This document shows positions 1 to 11,423 of a stretch of DNA of 64,000 bases, one piece after another; the first letter of the stretch is position 1, and each line of letters starts with the position of its first letter. The stretch is taken from NCBI GenBank assembly GCA_963844715.1, contig CAWJPJ010000006.1:1120001-1184000 (forward strand), written 5' to 3'. Under the pieces are notes generated by a model. That model saw nothing but the letters and a program-made list of their open reading frames with translations. It ran no database searches and was not told the DNA's origin. The translations under genes and the position numbers were made by a program. This DNA is from an uncultured Phycisphaerales bacterium (GTDB lineage: Bacteria > Planctomycetota > Phycisphaerae > Tepidisphaerales > Tepidisphaeraceae).

Positions 1-298
1 CGATGATTTCCCCCGCCCATTGCGCCGCGACGAAAATCATGCTGAGGATGGTCCCCATCGCCAGTCCGAACATGATTTCCCCGCCGATCGCGATCGACAA
101 TCCCCAGATCGTGCTCGGCATGTCGATGGGAGGCGGGATGCTCGGCGTCAGCGATGCCGCCAGAACAATCGCCAATAATCCTTTGACCCGCTTTGGCACA
201 CGCGCGCTTCCCAAAAGCGGCGCGAACACCATCATCCCCGCCACGCGGAACAGAACCAGCAGGTAAACCCCGGCGAAGTTGATCAGTGCGTCGAGCAT
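1..298 (-). CDS. fliR: Flagellar export protein FliR (5' part; runs off window start)
   Basis: Hand translation from ATG at 298: MLDALINFAGVYLLVLFRVAGMMVFAPLLG...GEIMFGLAMG...AAQWAGEII; directly downstream of fliQ. Confidence 0.9.
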   Translation of the reverse strand, partial: MLDALINFAGVYLLVLFRVAGMMVFAPLLGSARVPKRVKGLLAIVLAASLTPSIPPPIDMPSTIWGLSIAIGGEIMFGLAMGTILSMIFVAAQWAGEII

Positions 299-313
299 GA
301 CGATGCAAGCCGA

Positions 314-577
314 TCATCTTGCCTGGCCCGTGACGAACATGGTCGCCGCGTAAATCATCAGCCGGTGGCTCATCCACGGCATCAGCGCGATCGCCGCTAC
401 CACCATCGCCAGAATCTTGGGAATGAACGACAGCGTCTGCTCCTGAATCTGCGTCACCGCCTGAAGCAGCGAAACGAAGATGCCGACGCACAGGCCGATC
501 AGCAGCATCGGCGCTGAGATCGTCAGCGCCAAAAGCAGCGTGTTACGAATAAGTTCTGTTGCCTGATCCAGAGACAT
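314..577 (-). CDS. fliQ: Flagellar export protein FliQ
   Basis: MSLDQ...VSLLQAVTQIQEQTLSFIPKI signature. Confidence 0.95.
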   Translation of the reverse strand: MSLDQATELIRNTLLLALTISAPMLLIGLCVGIFVSLLQAVTQIQEQTLSFIPKILAMVVAAIALMPWMSHRLMIYAATMFVTGQAR

Positions 578-652
578 GCGAAACACCCTTCCTTGAGTGT
601 TGTCGATCGCCGCGGCGTTCCATCCATGGTCCGCCCAGGTACTGAACGGCGA

Positions 653-1495
653 TCAAGTCACGAAGCTACCCATCAAACTCCCGGCAATCAAGCGCCACCC
701 GTCCACCAACACGAACAAAAGCAGTTTGAACGGCAGCGAAATAAGCACCGGCGGCAGCATCATCATCCCCATGCTGACCAGAACCGTCGAGATCACCATG
801 TCAATAATCACAAAAGGGAGATAGACCTTGAACCCCAGCAAAAACGCCGTCTTCAGCTCGCTGATCATGAACGCCGGAATCAGCGTCGTGGTCGTCACCT
901 GGTCCCAGCGGGTGGCCCGCGGCTCATGGTTGAACTCCATGAACAGATCGACGTCCGTCTCGTTGTGGCTCTGCGTGATCTGCTTCTCCATGAATTGCCG
1001 CACCGGACCCTCGGCGCGGACCAGCGCCTCCTGCTGCGATATTTGCCCGTTTAGATACGGCTGCAGCGCCTGGGAATTCACGCGCCCCCACGTCGGACCC
1101 ATCACCAGAAACGTCATGAACAGCGCCAGGCCGATCATTATCTGATTCGGCGGCAATTGCTGCGTGCCCAGCGCCTGGCGCATCAGCGACAACACGATGA
1201 TGATGCGCGTGAAGCTCGTCATCATCAGCAATATCGCCGGCGCCAGCGACAGCACCGTCAGCAAAATGATGATCTGCATCGCGGCGGAAAAATTGTCTTT
1301 TTGAGTTAGATCGGGCAACTGCCGCAGCGGCGACAGCGCGGTCTCGACCGCGGGCACTGGCGCGCCCGCCTGTGATGAAACGGCATCATCCGCGCGGACA
1401 AAACTCGGCGCACGAAAGAACACCGACAGAAGTAAGAGATAATATCCCCAACGGCGTGGACTCAGGTGAGCATCCTTTCTCATCGAGCGTCCCAA
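653..1495 (-). CDS. fliP: Flagellar export protein FliP
   Basis: TSFTRIIIVLSLMRQALGTQQLPPNQ; PAFMISELKTAF; MGMMMLPP...LPFKLLLFVLVDGW. Confidence 0.97.
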   Translation of the reverse strand: MGRSMRKDAHLSPRRWGYYLLLLSVFFRAPSFVRADDAVSSQAGAPVPAVETALSPLRQLPDLTQKDNFSAAMQIIILLTVLSLAPAILLMMTSFTRIIIVLSLMRQALGTQQLPPNQIMIGLALFMTFLVMGPTWGRVNSQALQPYLNGQISQQEALVRAEGPVRQFMEKQITQSHNETDVDLFMEFNHEPRATRWDQVTTTTLIPAFMISELKTAFLLGFKVYLPFVIIDMVISTVLVSMGMMMLPPVLISLPFKLLLFVLVDGWRLIAGSLMGSFVT

Positions 1496-1592
1496 TAAAA
1501 CCGAGCGCGTTTATAACGCGCCAAACAGCGCAATGGTAGCGCCTCGTAAATATTTCTTTGAATTTTTGCCGGAAATTTACAAACGCCGTCGG

Positions 1593-2331
1593 TCAGGATC
1601 GCCCGAGTTGCTTGGCGAGATCGCGCACTTTCTGCGACAGCCCGGACAACTCGTCGCGCGTTTGCGCGATCGCCGGATCGACTATCTCGTGCGTTGGATC
1701 GAACGGCACATCCGCCCCCTCTGTCGATTCCGTTCGTCCCGCCGGGTCGGCCGTTTGCTCGGCCGTCCGCTCGATCTCCTCCTGGGCCGGCTCCTCGGCG
1801 TAAGGCTTGCGCGCCTTCCCGAAGAACATTTCAAATCGTTTCAACGATGTAGCTGATTCCTCGCGCACCTGGGCGACGATCGCCTCGACTTCATCTTGCG
1901 AAGTGATCTCACACAATGGATTGAGTTGCGCCCCGCCGTCTCCCACCACAATTAGCCGTTTCCCGACCTGGACGAGGAGAAGATGTTGCCGCGGCGAGAT
2001 CGTGAATCGGCACAAAACCTGCATCGCCCGGGTCGATCTCTGCGGGACCGCCCCGGGAAACACCCGCCGCAGCCCGAATCGAAGCACAAAGATCAACCCG
2101 ATCACCACTGTCAACGCAATTGCCACCCGAGCCGAATCAAATCCACCCGACGGAGCACGCGCCGTTGGTCTTGGCACTCGCCGCCGGTGAATTTGCAGGA
2201 TTTGCCGCGGAATCGCGATGAATCGACTGATTATCCAGCGTAGCTTCCGGTGTATCGGCGTCAGTCGGCGGCGCAGCGAATGCCCGGCCCATTCCGCCAA
2301 GGATAAAACCGGCAAAAATTGCCGCTGCCAT
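1593..2331 (-). CDS. fliO: FliO/FliZ family protein (frameshifted)
   Basis: Signal-like N-terminus in 2137..2331, then TM helix and ISPRQHLLLVQVGKRLIVVG motif in 1593..2387; between fliN and fliP. Confidence 0.8.
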
Positions 2332-2349
2332 CTATGCGCAGGACCGCGA

Positions 2350-2972
2350 TCACAACCCCTCCTCTTTGACCCCCGACACGATCTCATTCACGCGCACGCA
2401 GAAATTATCGTTGAGTACCAGCACTTCCCCTCGCGCGACGAGCCGCTCGTTGACAAACACATCCACCGGGTCGCCCGCCAATTTGTCCAGCTCGACGACG
2501 CTTCCCTCGCTGAGCTTCAGGACGTCCTCGACCATCATCCGGCTGCGTCCCAGCTCGATCTTCACGTTCAATTCGACGTCGCGCAGAAGATCGATGCTCG
2601 AGACCTGGGCATCGGTAATCACCTGCTGGAAACTCGGGAGCTTGAAGACCTCCGCATCGGGAGCCGCCCCGCCCGGCACGACGGCGGCCGCGTCCTCAAA
2701 ACTCGCCTGCGACAAGACATCCTCGCTCCCGGCGTCGGCTCCCGCCGGACCCGGCTCGCCGGATGGGACCGCCGCGGACATTCCCGCATCGGCGGAAGAT
2801 GCGACCGCAGCCGCGACCTCCCCCGGCGCGACTTCCGCCGCGACATCCGCCGCCGCTTCCGCGGCCGGCGCGGCGCAGCGGCAGGCGACGCCGCTTCAGC
2901 CGGCGCGGCGGCTTCTGGCTTAATCGTGGGTTCGGGCGTGGGACTTGCGGGAGGGGGCGCTTCTTCGGCCAT
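2350..2972 (-). CDS. fliN: Flagellar motor switch protein FliN with Ala/Pro-rich N-terminal extension (frameshifted)
   Basis: [20 protein letters not shown]...[39 protein letters not shown]. Confidence 0.9.
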
Positions 2973-3024
2973 ATGTCACCATCCTTGGCGATCAAACCGC
3001 GCCTTCATGCGCGGCCGGCGGCGG

Positions 3025-3658
3025 TTAGTAATCCGTTCGGAACGATAGGCACTTCGGCACCAGCACCTCGTCGATCATCCCGTCGCCGAGGATTTCGTCC
3101 AACTGGTACTTCACCTGCCGTCGCAACGTTTCGAGCCCCGGTTCCGAGCCGCCGCCCAGTTTTTCCGGGTCTAACTCGGCGATTATCGTACGCACCCGGT
3201 CCCTGATCAAGGCGTCGTGCTCCGAAATTCCTTTTTTCACCTTGTCAGCGAATTCCGTCTTTACGGACAGGGATATCGCCACGTCATACAAATAGGTCCG
3301 CCCGCTCAACCGGTTGGGAAATTTGTCGTCGAGAAGCTGAATTTCGACCGTCTGATCCGCCGTCGCGCCCGACGCGTCGGTGGAAGCGGTGTCCTGTTTC
3401 AATTCGTTGGTTAGATCCGCGTTGGCGCTCTTCGCTCCGGCGCCAAGGAACTTGAACCCAGCGAACAGAACCACCGCCTCGATGAGCATGACCGCGCCCA
3501 GGATCACCGGGGTCTTGGCCAGCAAGCCGCCAATTCCACCCCCGCCGCCCTTTGGCTCGGCTGCTTCCGCCGGCGCCGCGGCGCGCGGCGCCCTTGCCGG
3601 CGTCCTTCTCCTTCTTTTCACCACCCGCTTCCGCTTTTTTTTCCGCTTTCTCGGCCAT
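3025..3658 (-). CDS. fliL: FliL family flagellar basal body protein (frameshift near the N-terminus)
   Basis: Charged N-terminus MAEKAEKK, single TM helix, IRDRVRTII...LRRQVKYQLDEILG...IDEVLV; position upstream of fliN. Confidence 0.75.
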
Positions 3659-3782
3659 GACGGACTACCAACCCTTTCTTACGTCCGATAACGGTCAACA
3701 CCGGCTACCCCGGTCATAAACTGTATCGGCTCAAGAAAGGGCATGCTCGACGCTTTACCGCCCAGAACATGCTATTTTCACC

Positions 3783-3977
3783 TTATTCGGTCACCGGCTT
3801 TCGGATCACCCGGGCGTAATCAATGGCCCTTCGCATCACTTCCGCCAGAGTTTCCTTGACCATCAGCTTCTCGCCGCTCTCGCAGCAGACCACCGTATCC
3901 GGCGTCGATTCGACGTAACGGATTTTTTCGGCGTTGACCACGAACTGCTGCCCATTCAAACGCGTCAATGCGATCAT
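3783..3977 (-). CDS. flbD: Flagellar FlbD family protein
   Basis: MIALTRLNGQQFVVNAEKIRYVESTPDTVV...GEKLMVKE. Confidence 0.92.
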   Translation of the reverse strand: MIALTRLNGQQFVVNAEKIRYVESTPDTVVCCESGEKLMVKETLAEVMRRAIDYARVIRKPVTE

Positions 3978-4008
3978 GACAGGTCCCTTCCTGGGAAAAA
4001 AAGTGCTC

Positions 4009-4058
4009 AAAAAAAAATTGGCCCCCGCGACAGCAGAATAAACACCTGTCGCGAGGGC
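4009..4058 (-). terminator. Possible intrinsic terminator/attenuator after flgE
   Basis: GCCC-CGCGACAG / CTGTCGCG-GGGC stem with long loop, next to an A-run on the plus strand (U-tract on the minus strand). Confidence 0.4.
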
Positions 4059-4112
4059 TCGAATTATCTTCGCGATCCGCCACAGCTCCGCCGGGTTGGA
4101 TCGGTTCCGTTT

Positions 4113-5841
4113 TCATCCGTTTGCCGAGTTTAGCAGGTTCGTTAACAACTCATTGCTCGTGCTGATCACATGGCTCGATCGCGCTGAATCCCGTCGAGGC
4201 AATGATCATGTTGATGAACTCCTTGGAAATGTCCACGTTGCTCTCTTCCAGCGATCCCGAAAGAACGGTGCCCGTGCTGTCGCTTCCCGGCGTGGTGATC
4301 TGGGCCGCGCCGCTGTCGGCGCCGGCTTGGAAAAGATTTCCGCCTTCGTTGTTCAATCCGTCCGGATTATTGAAGTTCGCCAGCGCGACCTGTCCGAGCG
4401 TGCGGGTCAGGCCGTTGCTGAACGCGCCGGTGATGGTCCCGTCCGTTCCGATCGAATAGCTGGTCAACGTCCCGATCGGCGAACCATCCTGGTCGCTCAT
4501 CACCAGCGACGAACTGGTGCTCGCCAGCGAAGACGTGCCGCTGAAATCCAGATTCATCACCACGGGAGTTCCCGCCCCCGTGCCCGTCCGGTCCACCGTG
4601 ATCGTCGTCCCGGTGGTGCTCGCCAATTGACCTTCGCTATTAAACGTCAACGTTCCCGTCCCGACGACGGGGCCGTTTCCGCCCGTGTTGTCCGGACTCG
4701 TTGCGTAAAAACGCCAGGTATTGCCCGTATCCGCCGTGCTCTCCAGTACCGCGGTGACATCAACCGTGACCGGTGTTCCCAGCGAATCGTACGCGGTGAT
4801 CGCGGTTGTCGTGCTTTCGCCGACCGGATCGTCCTGATAGACCGTGCCCGACACCGGATCGGTATAAGTTCCGCTGGTAAACGCCAGAGGCGTGCCGCCC
4901 TGCGTGGTATCGTCAAGACCGGTCGTGCCCAGCGTCAGAGCGTTGGCGGTGCCGCTGTTGCCGATGATCGTGAGCTGCGCGTCGGCGCCATTGGTGACCA
5001 GCGCGGCGCCGGGCGGCGGATTGCCGGGCTCCGAGACCGTCGTGTTGATCCCCAGCGACTCGTTGATGAAATTCTGAAGATCGCCGACCGTCGTCGTGGA
5101 CGTCACGGTGAGCGAACTGCTGGGCAGCGTCGCCGACCCGCGCGTCCCCGCCATGGTCAGGACATCGCCGGCGTTGTAGACGGCGGCGGGAGGAGTGTCC
5201 GTCGTGGTCAGATCCACCAGGTCCGTCGCCGCCGTCGGGTCGCCGGCTGCCGTCGTGAACGCGGTGCTGGTAAGAATGGACGCCCCCGCGGCGACGTTCC
5301 CGGCCGCGTTGAGGTTCCCCTGCATATCGACGTTCTGAGTCGCCTTGGCCTGGGTCGACTGGCCCAGCGGAATCGTCAGGTTCGTCAACGCGCCGGTCAG
5401 AATATTTCCGTTCTGATCGGCGTTGTATCCCTGCACGAACGCGCCCTGGCTGTTCACCAGCGCATTGCTCGAATTCAGACTGAAGTCGCCGTCCCGCGTG
5501 AATTGCTGCCCGGCGGGGGAGTTCAGGACGAAAAAACCCGACCCGTCGATCGCAAGATTGCTGTTGACTCCCGTCGAATCAATCGCCCCAGGCGTGAAGT
5601 CCGTGCTGATCGAACCGATCTGCGTTCCCAAACCGATCTGGCTGGGATTGGTCCCGCCAAAATTCGAATCCGGCGCTGTTCCCGCCAATTGTGTCACATA
5701 AAACTGCGGCGTGAATTCGACCGAACTCGACTTGAAAGCGACCGTATTGACGTTCGCGATGTTGTTTCCAATGACATTCAGCCACTGCTGATTGGCGTCG
5801 AGACCCGACAGTCCGGTGAATAGCGTACTGGTCAGTGCCAT
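4113..5841 (-). CDS. flgE: Flagellar hook protein FlgE (frameshift near the C-terminus)
   Basis: TGLSGLDANQQWLNVIGNNIANVNTVAFK; TRDGDFSLN; LEESNVDISKEFINMI; alternate frame ends SHVISTSNELLTNLLNSANG* at 4113. Confidence 0.95.
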
Positions 5842-5930
5842 AACAAACGCTCGATGCTGTTGCGAAGACTTCCTGTAATGGAAAAGATCGGCGGCGGCTC
5901 AGCCGCGGCCGTGGGCGATCCTTCGCCGCA

Positions 5931-6419
5931 TCAAGACCCGGTGCCTGTTCCTGTGGTGGTGGTCGTGGTTCCCGTCGTGGGATTGGTGATGCTGGTCACG
6001 TTGCCCAGCCCGACTGTCGAGCCGTTACTGAGTGAAAGGTTCACGCCGTTGGTCGTCACCTGAACCGCGGTGACGGTTCCCTGCTGCTGATTGTTGAACT
6101 GATCCGTCCCGGTAATGTCCTTCCCGATCATGTTCGCCGCCGACGAAACGGAGTTCTGCTGAACCATGCCGCTCAGGCTGGTTTGCAGATCGCTCGACGA
6201 TTCCAACTGTCCGATTTGGCTCAGCTGTGACAGCATTTGATCGCTGCTGGTCGGATTGAGCGGATCCTGGTTTTGCAATTCGGTGATGAGAAACTGCACG
6301 AAATCGCCGCCGTTGAGCGACGACAGTGGATCGCCCGCCGACGAGCCCGTCGAGGAGTTCGTCGCCGACGCCGGAATCTGATCGGTCAGCCCGGGAAGCG
6401 ATGAGTTGATCGCGGACAT
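5931..6419 (-). CDS. flgD: Hook capping protein FlgD
   Basis: DFVQFLITELQNQDPLNP...MLSQLSQIGQLE...AANMIGK; ATG at 6419 with a purine-rich SD. Confidence 0.93.
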   Translation of the reverse strand: MSAINSSLPGLTDQIPASATNSSTGSSAGDPLSSLNGGDFVQFLITELQNQDPLNPTSSDQMLSQLSQIGQLESSSDLQTSLSGMVQQNSVSSAANMIGKDITGTDQFNNQQQGTVTAVQVTTNGVNLSLSNGSTVGLGNVTSITNPTTGTTTTTTGTGTGS

Positions 6420-6492
6420 GTATCCCCTTTCGGCTCTCCCTGCAATGCGGTTTAAAAATCCGACTGGGTAATTTCCCCCCGCGCCGTTCCTG

Positions 6493-6509
6493 CGCCGACT
6501 TTGCGCCAA
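6493..6509 (-). promoter_or_regulatory. Candidate sigma54 -24/-12 site upstream of flgD
   Basis: TTGGCGCAAAGTCGGCG has GG-N10-GC spacing; imperfect match to TGGCACG-N4-TTGC. Confidence 0.3.
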
Positions 6510-6632
6510 TCTTCGCGGCCCCCTCATTTCCGCTCGCGCGCTATTCGAACCGGCGGACAGAAAAAGATCGCCCACAAAACGCCCGGATCAACTCAATGAT
6601 TGAAATGATTGAAAAGCCCAAACGAAATGAAT

Positions 6633-8082
6633 CTACGCGACCAGATCGAGCGGATCGCGCCCACCCGAAGCCCGCCGCCACATCCGACGCAGCACTTCCC
6701 TTCGCTGCTCCTCGCGTTGGCTGCTCTGCTGATCCCCCGCATCCTGTTTCCCGTCCCCATCCCGCTGATCCGACTTGCGCCCGAATTCTCCGACCGCGAA
6801 GACTGCTGCACGTGCAGCCGATCCACACCGATCCCCTGCGCTTCCAGCGATTGCTTCAATTGGCTCAGGCTATGGCTGAGCAGCTTCGTCGCGTCATCCG
6901 TTGACGTTTCAAACGTCGCCGAGATCACGCCATTCTGAACCTTCACGCTCACCTGCAACGGCCCCAATTCGGGCGGATCGAGCCGAATCTGCATTGTCCC
7001 GCCGTTGGGAAGCAATTGCCCCCCAATGACCGTGACGATTTTCGCAACATTGGCGCCGGCCGTCGTATCCGCGGGCGGCTCGGGCGTCGCAACCGCCGCC
7101 CCCGCGGACGAAACCGCCGGCGCTTTGGTCGGGCTCGCGTCTCCGGTGAGCAATCCGCTCACCTGCGTCGTCAATGGCGTAACCGGGGTCACCACCGCCT
7201 TGGAATTTGTTCCAACCGTGGATTGAACGGAATCACTTGTCGCAACGGGATTTTGCGCCGTCGCAGCCGCATTTCCCTGCGAATTGTCGGACTGATCCGA
7301 CTCTACGTCGGCCCCAGCGGAACCATGCCCCGCCCCCTTTCCGACTGCAACGCCCGAACATCGCGCATTCGTCCCCGCGGGCGAATCGCCGCCATCCAGC
7401 GCAATCCCCCCGGCAATCGCCGCCGTCGGCGCCGCTGTCGGCGCAGTCGTCGGCGTAACCGCCGGCGCTGCCGCCACCTCCACCACCGGATTCGTCGAAT
7501 CGTCCTTCGAGTCGGAATTCTGATTCTTCTGCTGGCGCTGCTTCGACCCGTTCCATTTGGACTGCTCATCCACCGGTGGGACGGCCGGCTGCTGCGCCGA
7601 GGTATTCGGTTTTGTCGGAGCCGCATGCTGGGGCGCACTCGACTCCGCCTGATTCGACTCCTCGACCGGACCATCCGCTTTGACCGGAGTTTCGCCTTGG
7701 CCTGTGCTTCCTCCTCCGCCACCGTCTCCTGGGCATTTTCCGGCTGATTTTCCTGATTTTCCTCCTGCGGATTCTCGTTTTCCGCGTCGGTCGGCTGCGC
7801 CGGCGCCTTCGCCTGCGTGGCCGGCTTGGACGACGTCGCCGCTTGCGAAGCTGTCTGCCGGGCCGAACTCGACCCCGCTGCCTTTCCGGATTTCGACGAC
7901 TTACCCGTCTGTGCCGCCACCGGAGCCGACTTAGCCGCCGCCTGGCTGGACTTGGCGTGCGCCCTCTTCAAATGCGTGGGAAACTGGCTCTGGTTATCCG
8001 TCTGGGATGGGGCCGAAGACGCAGAACTCTTGGGCGCCGCCGGCGGATTCAAGGGCAATAAGTTGGCTATCGTCGTGTTCAT
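6633..8082 (-). CDS. fliK: Hook-length control protein FliK (several frameshifts)
   Basis: Low-complexity A/S/T/P N-terminal region; MQIRLDPPELGPLQVSV...LSQLKQSLEAQGIGVDRLHV C-terminal domain; alternate frame ends RDPLDLVA* at 6633. Confidence 0.88.
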
Positions 8083-8084
8083 GG

Positions 8085-8747
8085 CTATTTACCATCGGCC
8101 GAAGCGAGTCGCATTCTTTCCAAAACCTGTTGAATGAACGCCGTCTCGTCCGGCGTTTTGAATTCCTTGATGATCTTCGCGGCGTCCCGGGGATCCATCG
8201 CGTCGAGGTAATGCTCCACTGTCACTTCGTCCAGCGTCATGAAAATTGTCTTCACCTGTTTGCTGGGCATCGCGGTGTACAAAGCGAGGCTGTCCTGGAA
8301 ACCCTTGTCGGCGGCCAATTTCGCGGATTCGTCCTCCCGGCTATTGAGGGCGGCCTGATCTTTTTCGAACGCCGCGCGGTCCGCCGCGAGTTTTTGTTTC
8401 GCCAGATCGACCTGCTTCTCTAAATCCATCAGTTCGCGTTGCCGCCGATCGAGGATGAGCATCTGCGCATCGAAAGTTTGCTGGATCAATTCCACCTGCT
8501 CGCCCGCCGGCCGGCCCGACATTTTCGCCAACAGCTCATCCAGACGCACCGTCGGCCGCGTGGCCGCTTCGTCGGCGAGCGATTCCTTCTGCTCCGCGGG
8601 AGCCGGCGGCGGGAAGACGATCTCGCGAATCTGCTTGAATTTCGCTTTGTCCACATGCCCGGACCTGACCAGCCACCCCACCCCCCCCGCCAGGGCCAGA
8701 AAATTCATGGCCAGGGTCAGCATGATTACGGTGAATATCTTTTTCAT
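8085..8747 (-). CDS. YlxF/MotE-like flagellar coiled-coil protein
   Basis: N-terminal TM helix, coiled coil, LYTAMPSKQVKTIF...AMDPRDAAKII repeats; between fliJ and fliK. Confidence 0.7.
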   Translation of the reverse strand: MKKIFTVIMLTLAMNFLALAGGVGWLVRSGHVDKAKFKQIREIVFPPPAPAEQKESLADEAATRPTVRLDELLAKMSGRPAGEQVELIQQTFDAQMLILDRRQRELMDLEKQVDLAKQKLAADRAAFEKDQAALNSREDESAKLAADKGFQDSLALYTAMPSKQVKTIFMTLDEVTVEHYLDAMDPRDAAKIIKEFKTPDETAFIQQVLERMRLASADGK

Positions 8748-9214
8748 GACGAACGAGCCTCCTGCTCAGTCCGCTCCAGGCGTCCCATCTGCATCGCCAC
8801 TTCGTCCATCTCATGCAACTCGTATCGCGCCAGGTCCTCGCGCCATCTTTCGAACTGTTTTTCCCGCAATTTTTCGATCGCTTTACGCCGTTTCATCGCC
8901 TCGGTCAGCTTCTTTTGCGCTTCATCCACCTTGACCTGCACCTGGGCCATTTGTTCCGCCAGCGCCAGGGCCTTTCGCTGCATCGAGAACGCGAACCGCC
9001 GATGCGCCGCCAGAAACCGCAAATCCAGTTTCCCGATCAGGCGATTTTCGCGCAAATCCTTGTCCGCGTCGCGCACGGTCTGATCGAGCGCCCGGAGTTG
9101 TTCCTTGAGCGCCGTCATATCTTTTTGAATGACGCCCAGCTCCAGCAGCCGCTGCCGCTCGGCGTTTTTGCGCTCCTTCAGGACGCCCTCGAGTTTGAAA
9201 ACAAACTTGGCCAT
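8744..9214 (-). CDS. fliJ: Flagellar export protein FliJ
   Basis: MAKFVFKLEGVLKER...RRKAIEKLREK...HEMDEVA; follows fliI. Confidence 0.9.
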   Translation of the reverse strand: MAKFVFKLEGVLKERKNAERQRLLELGVIQKDMTALKEQLRALDQTVRDADKDLRENRLIGKLDLRFLAAHRRFAFSMQRKALALAEQMAQVQVKVDEAQKKLTEAMKRRKAIEKLREKQFERWREDLARYELHEMDEVAMQMGRLERTEQEARSS

Positions 9215-9234
9215 GAGGTCCGACTCTTATTTCC

Positions 9235-10629
9235 TTATTTCGCGGCCGCAGCCGGAGCCGGGGCAGGCGCCCCGCCCCCGCGCGGTTTCGCCGGCGCTTT
9301 CAGCGCCTTCTCCAACTGATCGATCCAGGTGTTCAACTCGCTCAGCATTTTTTGCGATTGCTCCAAGGTCTGAGGGGAATCCGACGATTGGCGCAAAAAT
9401 TGCACGATCCTCGGCCGAGTTTGCACCGCCAAATCAACTTCCAGATTCGCGCCCGGCACGTAGGCACCGATATTGTAGATATCCTCGATATCCTGATACG
9501 CCGCCGTCAGGGACAGCAAACGCCGCGCCCGGCGCGTCTGATCCTCGGGGACAACGTCCTTGCTCACGCGGCTGATGCTTTGCAAAACATCGATGGCGGG
9601 AAAGTGCCCGCGATTGGCCAGCGACCGGCTCAGCCAGATATGTCCGTCGCCGATCCCCTTGATCGCGTCCGGAATCGGCTCGTTGAAATCGTCCCCCTCG
9701 ACGAGCACCGTATAAAACCCCGTGATCGATCCGGTCTGCGTCTTTCCCGCACGTTCCAAAATCTCCGGGAGCAGCGCAAACACGCTGGGCGGATAACCCT
9801 TCGTGGCCGGCGGCTCCTTGGCCGACAATCCAATCTGCCGCTGCGCCTGGCAAAGGCGCGTCAGTGAATCCATCAGCAGCAGCACGTTCTTCCCCTGATC
9901 GCGGAAAAATTCCGCCACCGTACAGGCGGTCTTCGCCGCACGCACCCGCAGCAGCGGCGCGTCGTCGCTGGTGCTGACCACGACCACGCAGCGCTTCATC
10001 CCCTCCTCCCCCAAATTTCGTTGCAGAAATTCCTGCACTTCGCGGCCGCGCTCGCCGATCAGCGCGACCACCGACACTTCCCGCGCTGGTATGTTTGGCG
10101 ATCTGCGCCATCAGCGTGCTCTTCCCGACGCCGGGCCCGGAGAAAATCCCCATGCGCTGCCCCAGCCCGCACGTGTGAATCGCGTCGATGGCCCGCACGC
10201 TGGTCGCGATCGGCTCGTTGATATTCCGCCTCTGCAACGGCATGGCCGCGCGAGTCAATCCGCCGAAACTGCCCCATCGGAAGCGCCTGCTTCCCGTCGA
10301 TCGGCCTTCCAAATCCGTCCAGAACCCGCCCCAGCATGCCGCTCGGTGCAGTTAATCGTCGGCGCAGCCGTGATGTTTTCCACGCGATCCCCCCGGCTGA
10401 TCCCCGCCGTCGCTCCCAGCGACATCAGCAGAGTCCGGTCCTGCTGAAACCCGATCACTTCCGCGATCGTTTTGCGCCCCCCGAAACTTTCGATCCGGCA
10501 AAGCGACCCGACCGGCAGCGCCAAATCCGTCGCTTCGATCGTCAGCCCGCCAATCGCCTGAATCTGCCCGATCACACGGTAAGGCATCGCCCCCTCGGCG
10601 GCCTCAAGCTGCCCCGACAGATGCCTCAT
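9235..10629 (-). CDS. fliI: Flagellum-specific ATPase FliI (frameshifted)
   Basis: GQRMGIFSGPGVGKSTL Walker A; VALIGERGREV; LLLMDSLTR; GYPPSVF; GHFPAIDVLQSISR. Confidence 0.95.
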
Positions 10630-11329
10630 ACGTTCTCCACGACATTCTGCGGCATCAGTTCGGCGGCAATTCGATCAAGCTGCGTCTCCAGTTCCCCGTC
10701 CACTTGTCCATGCAATGTCTTGATCCGCACGCCCCCGGGCGAAATACCCGCCTCGCGCGCAACTCCACATGCTTCAATTGCGGCCAGGTCAGCCTCAAGC
10801 GCGGCAGTTCCGCCTCCAGCGTCTTCACCTGCGAGGGATGCAATTCGATCCTCACATCGGCCGCGTGCACCGCCAGCGACATCGCCTCCTTGAGATTCTC
10901 CGTCAGCACCGCCGGATCGATTATCCCCTGCCGCTTCGTCACCCGCTTGGCGATCGCGCACGCCAGAGCCGTCACCTCGATCAGTCCCTGCGTCAATAGC
11001 TCGTCGCGCCTGTGCTCCAGTTCCGTCGCGGCTTTGTTCATCGCCTCGATCAGTTGCTTCATCGTCGGGCCGTGCTCCGCCAGCGCGGCGGCATGGCCCG
11101 TCTTCTTCCCCTCGGCAAAACCTTCCAATTGCCCCTGCTTCCGCCCCTCCACGAGCCCCTGCATATGCGCCGCCCGGCGCATCGACAGCGACTCCCCTTG
11201 CGCGTCGACAATAATCGCCGACGCCTTCTCCTTCGCCCGCTGCAAAATCGCCGCCGCCTGCGCCTCGATGTCTTTCAACGAAAACACCGTGGTAGCGAGC
11301 GGAACATGGGAAGCTTTAACCAATGGCAT
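10626..11329 (-). CDS. fliH: Flagellar assembly protein FliH (frameshift near the C-terminus)
   Basis: GxxxG repeats (GLVEGRKQGQLEGFAEGKKTG); ISPGGVRIKTLHGQVDGELETQL C-terminus. Confidence 0.88.
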
Positions 11330-11332
11330 AAT

Positions 11333-11418
11333 AGTTGCCAGCTGCCAGTTGCCAGTTGCCAGTTGCCAGTCGTCAGTTGCCGCTTTGAACCGGCAACTGG
11401 CAATTAACAACCGGCAAC
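11333..11418. repeat. Tandem heptamer (GTTGCCA)n with inverted degenerate copies
   Basis: agttgccagctgccagttgccagttgccagttgccag...cggcaactggcaat...cggcaac between fliG and fliH. Confidence 0.85.
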
Positions 11419-11423
11419 GATTC

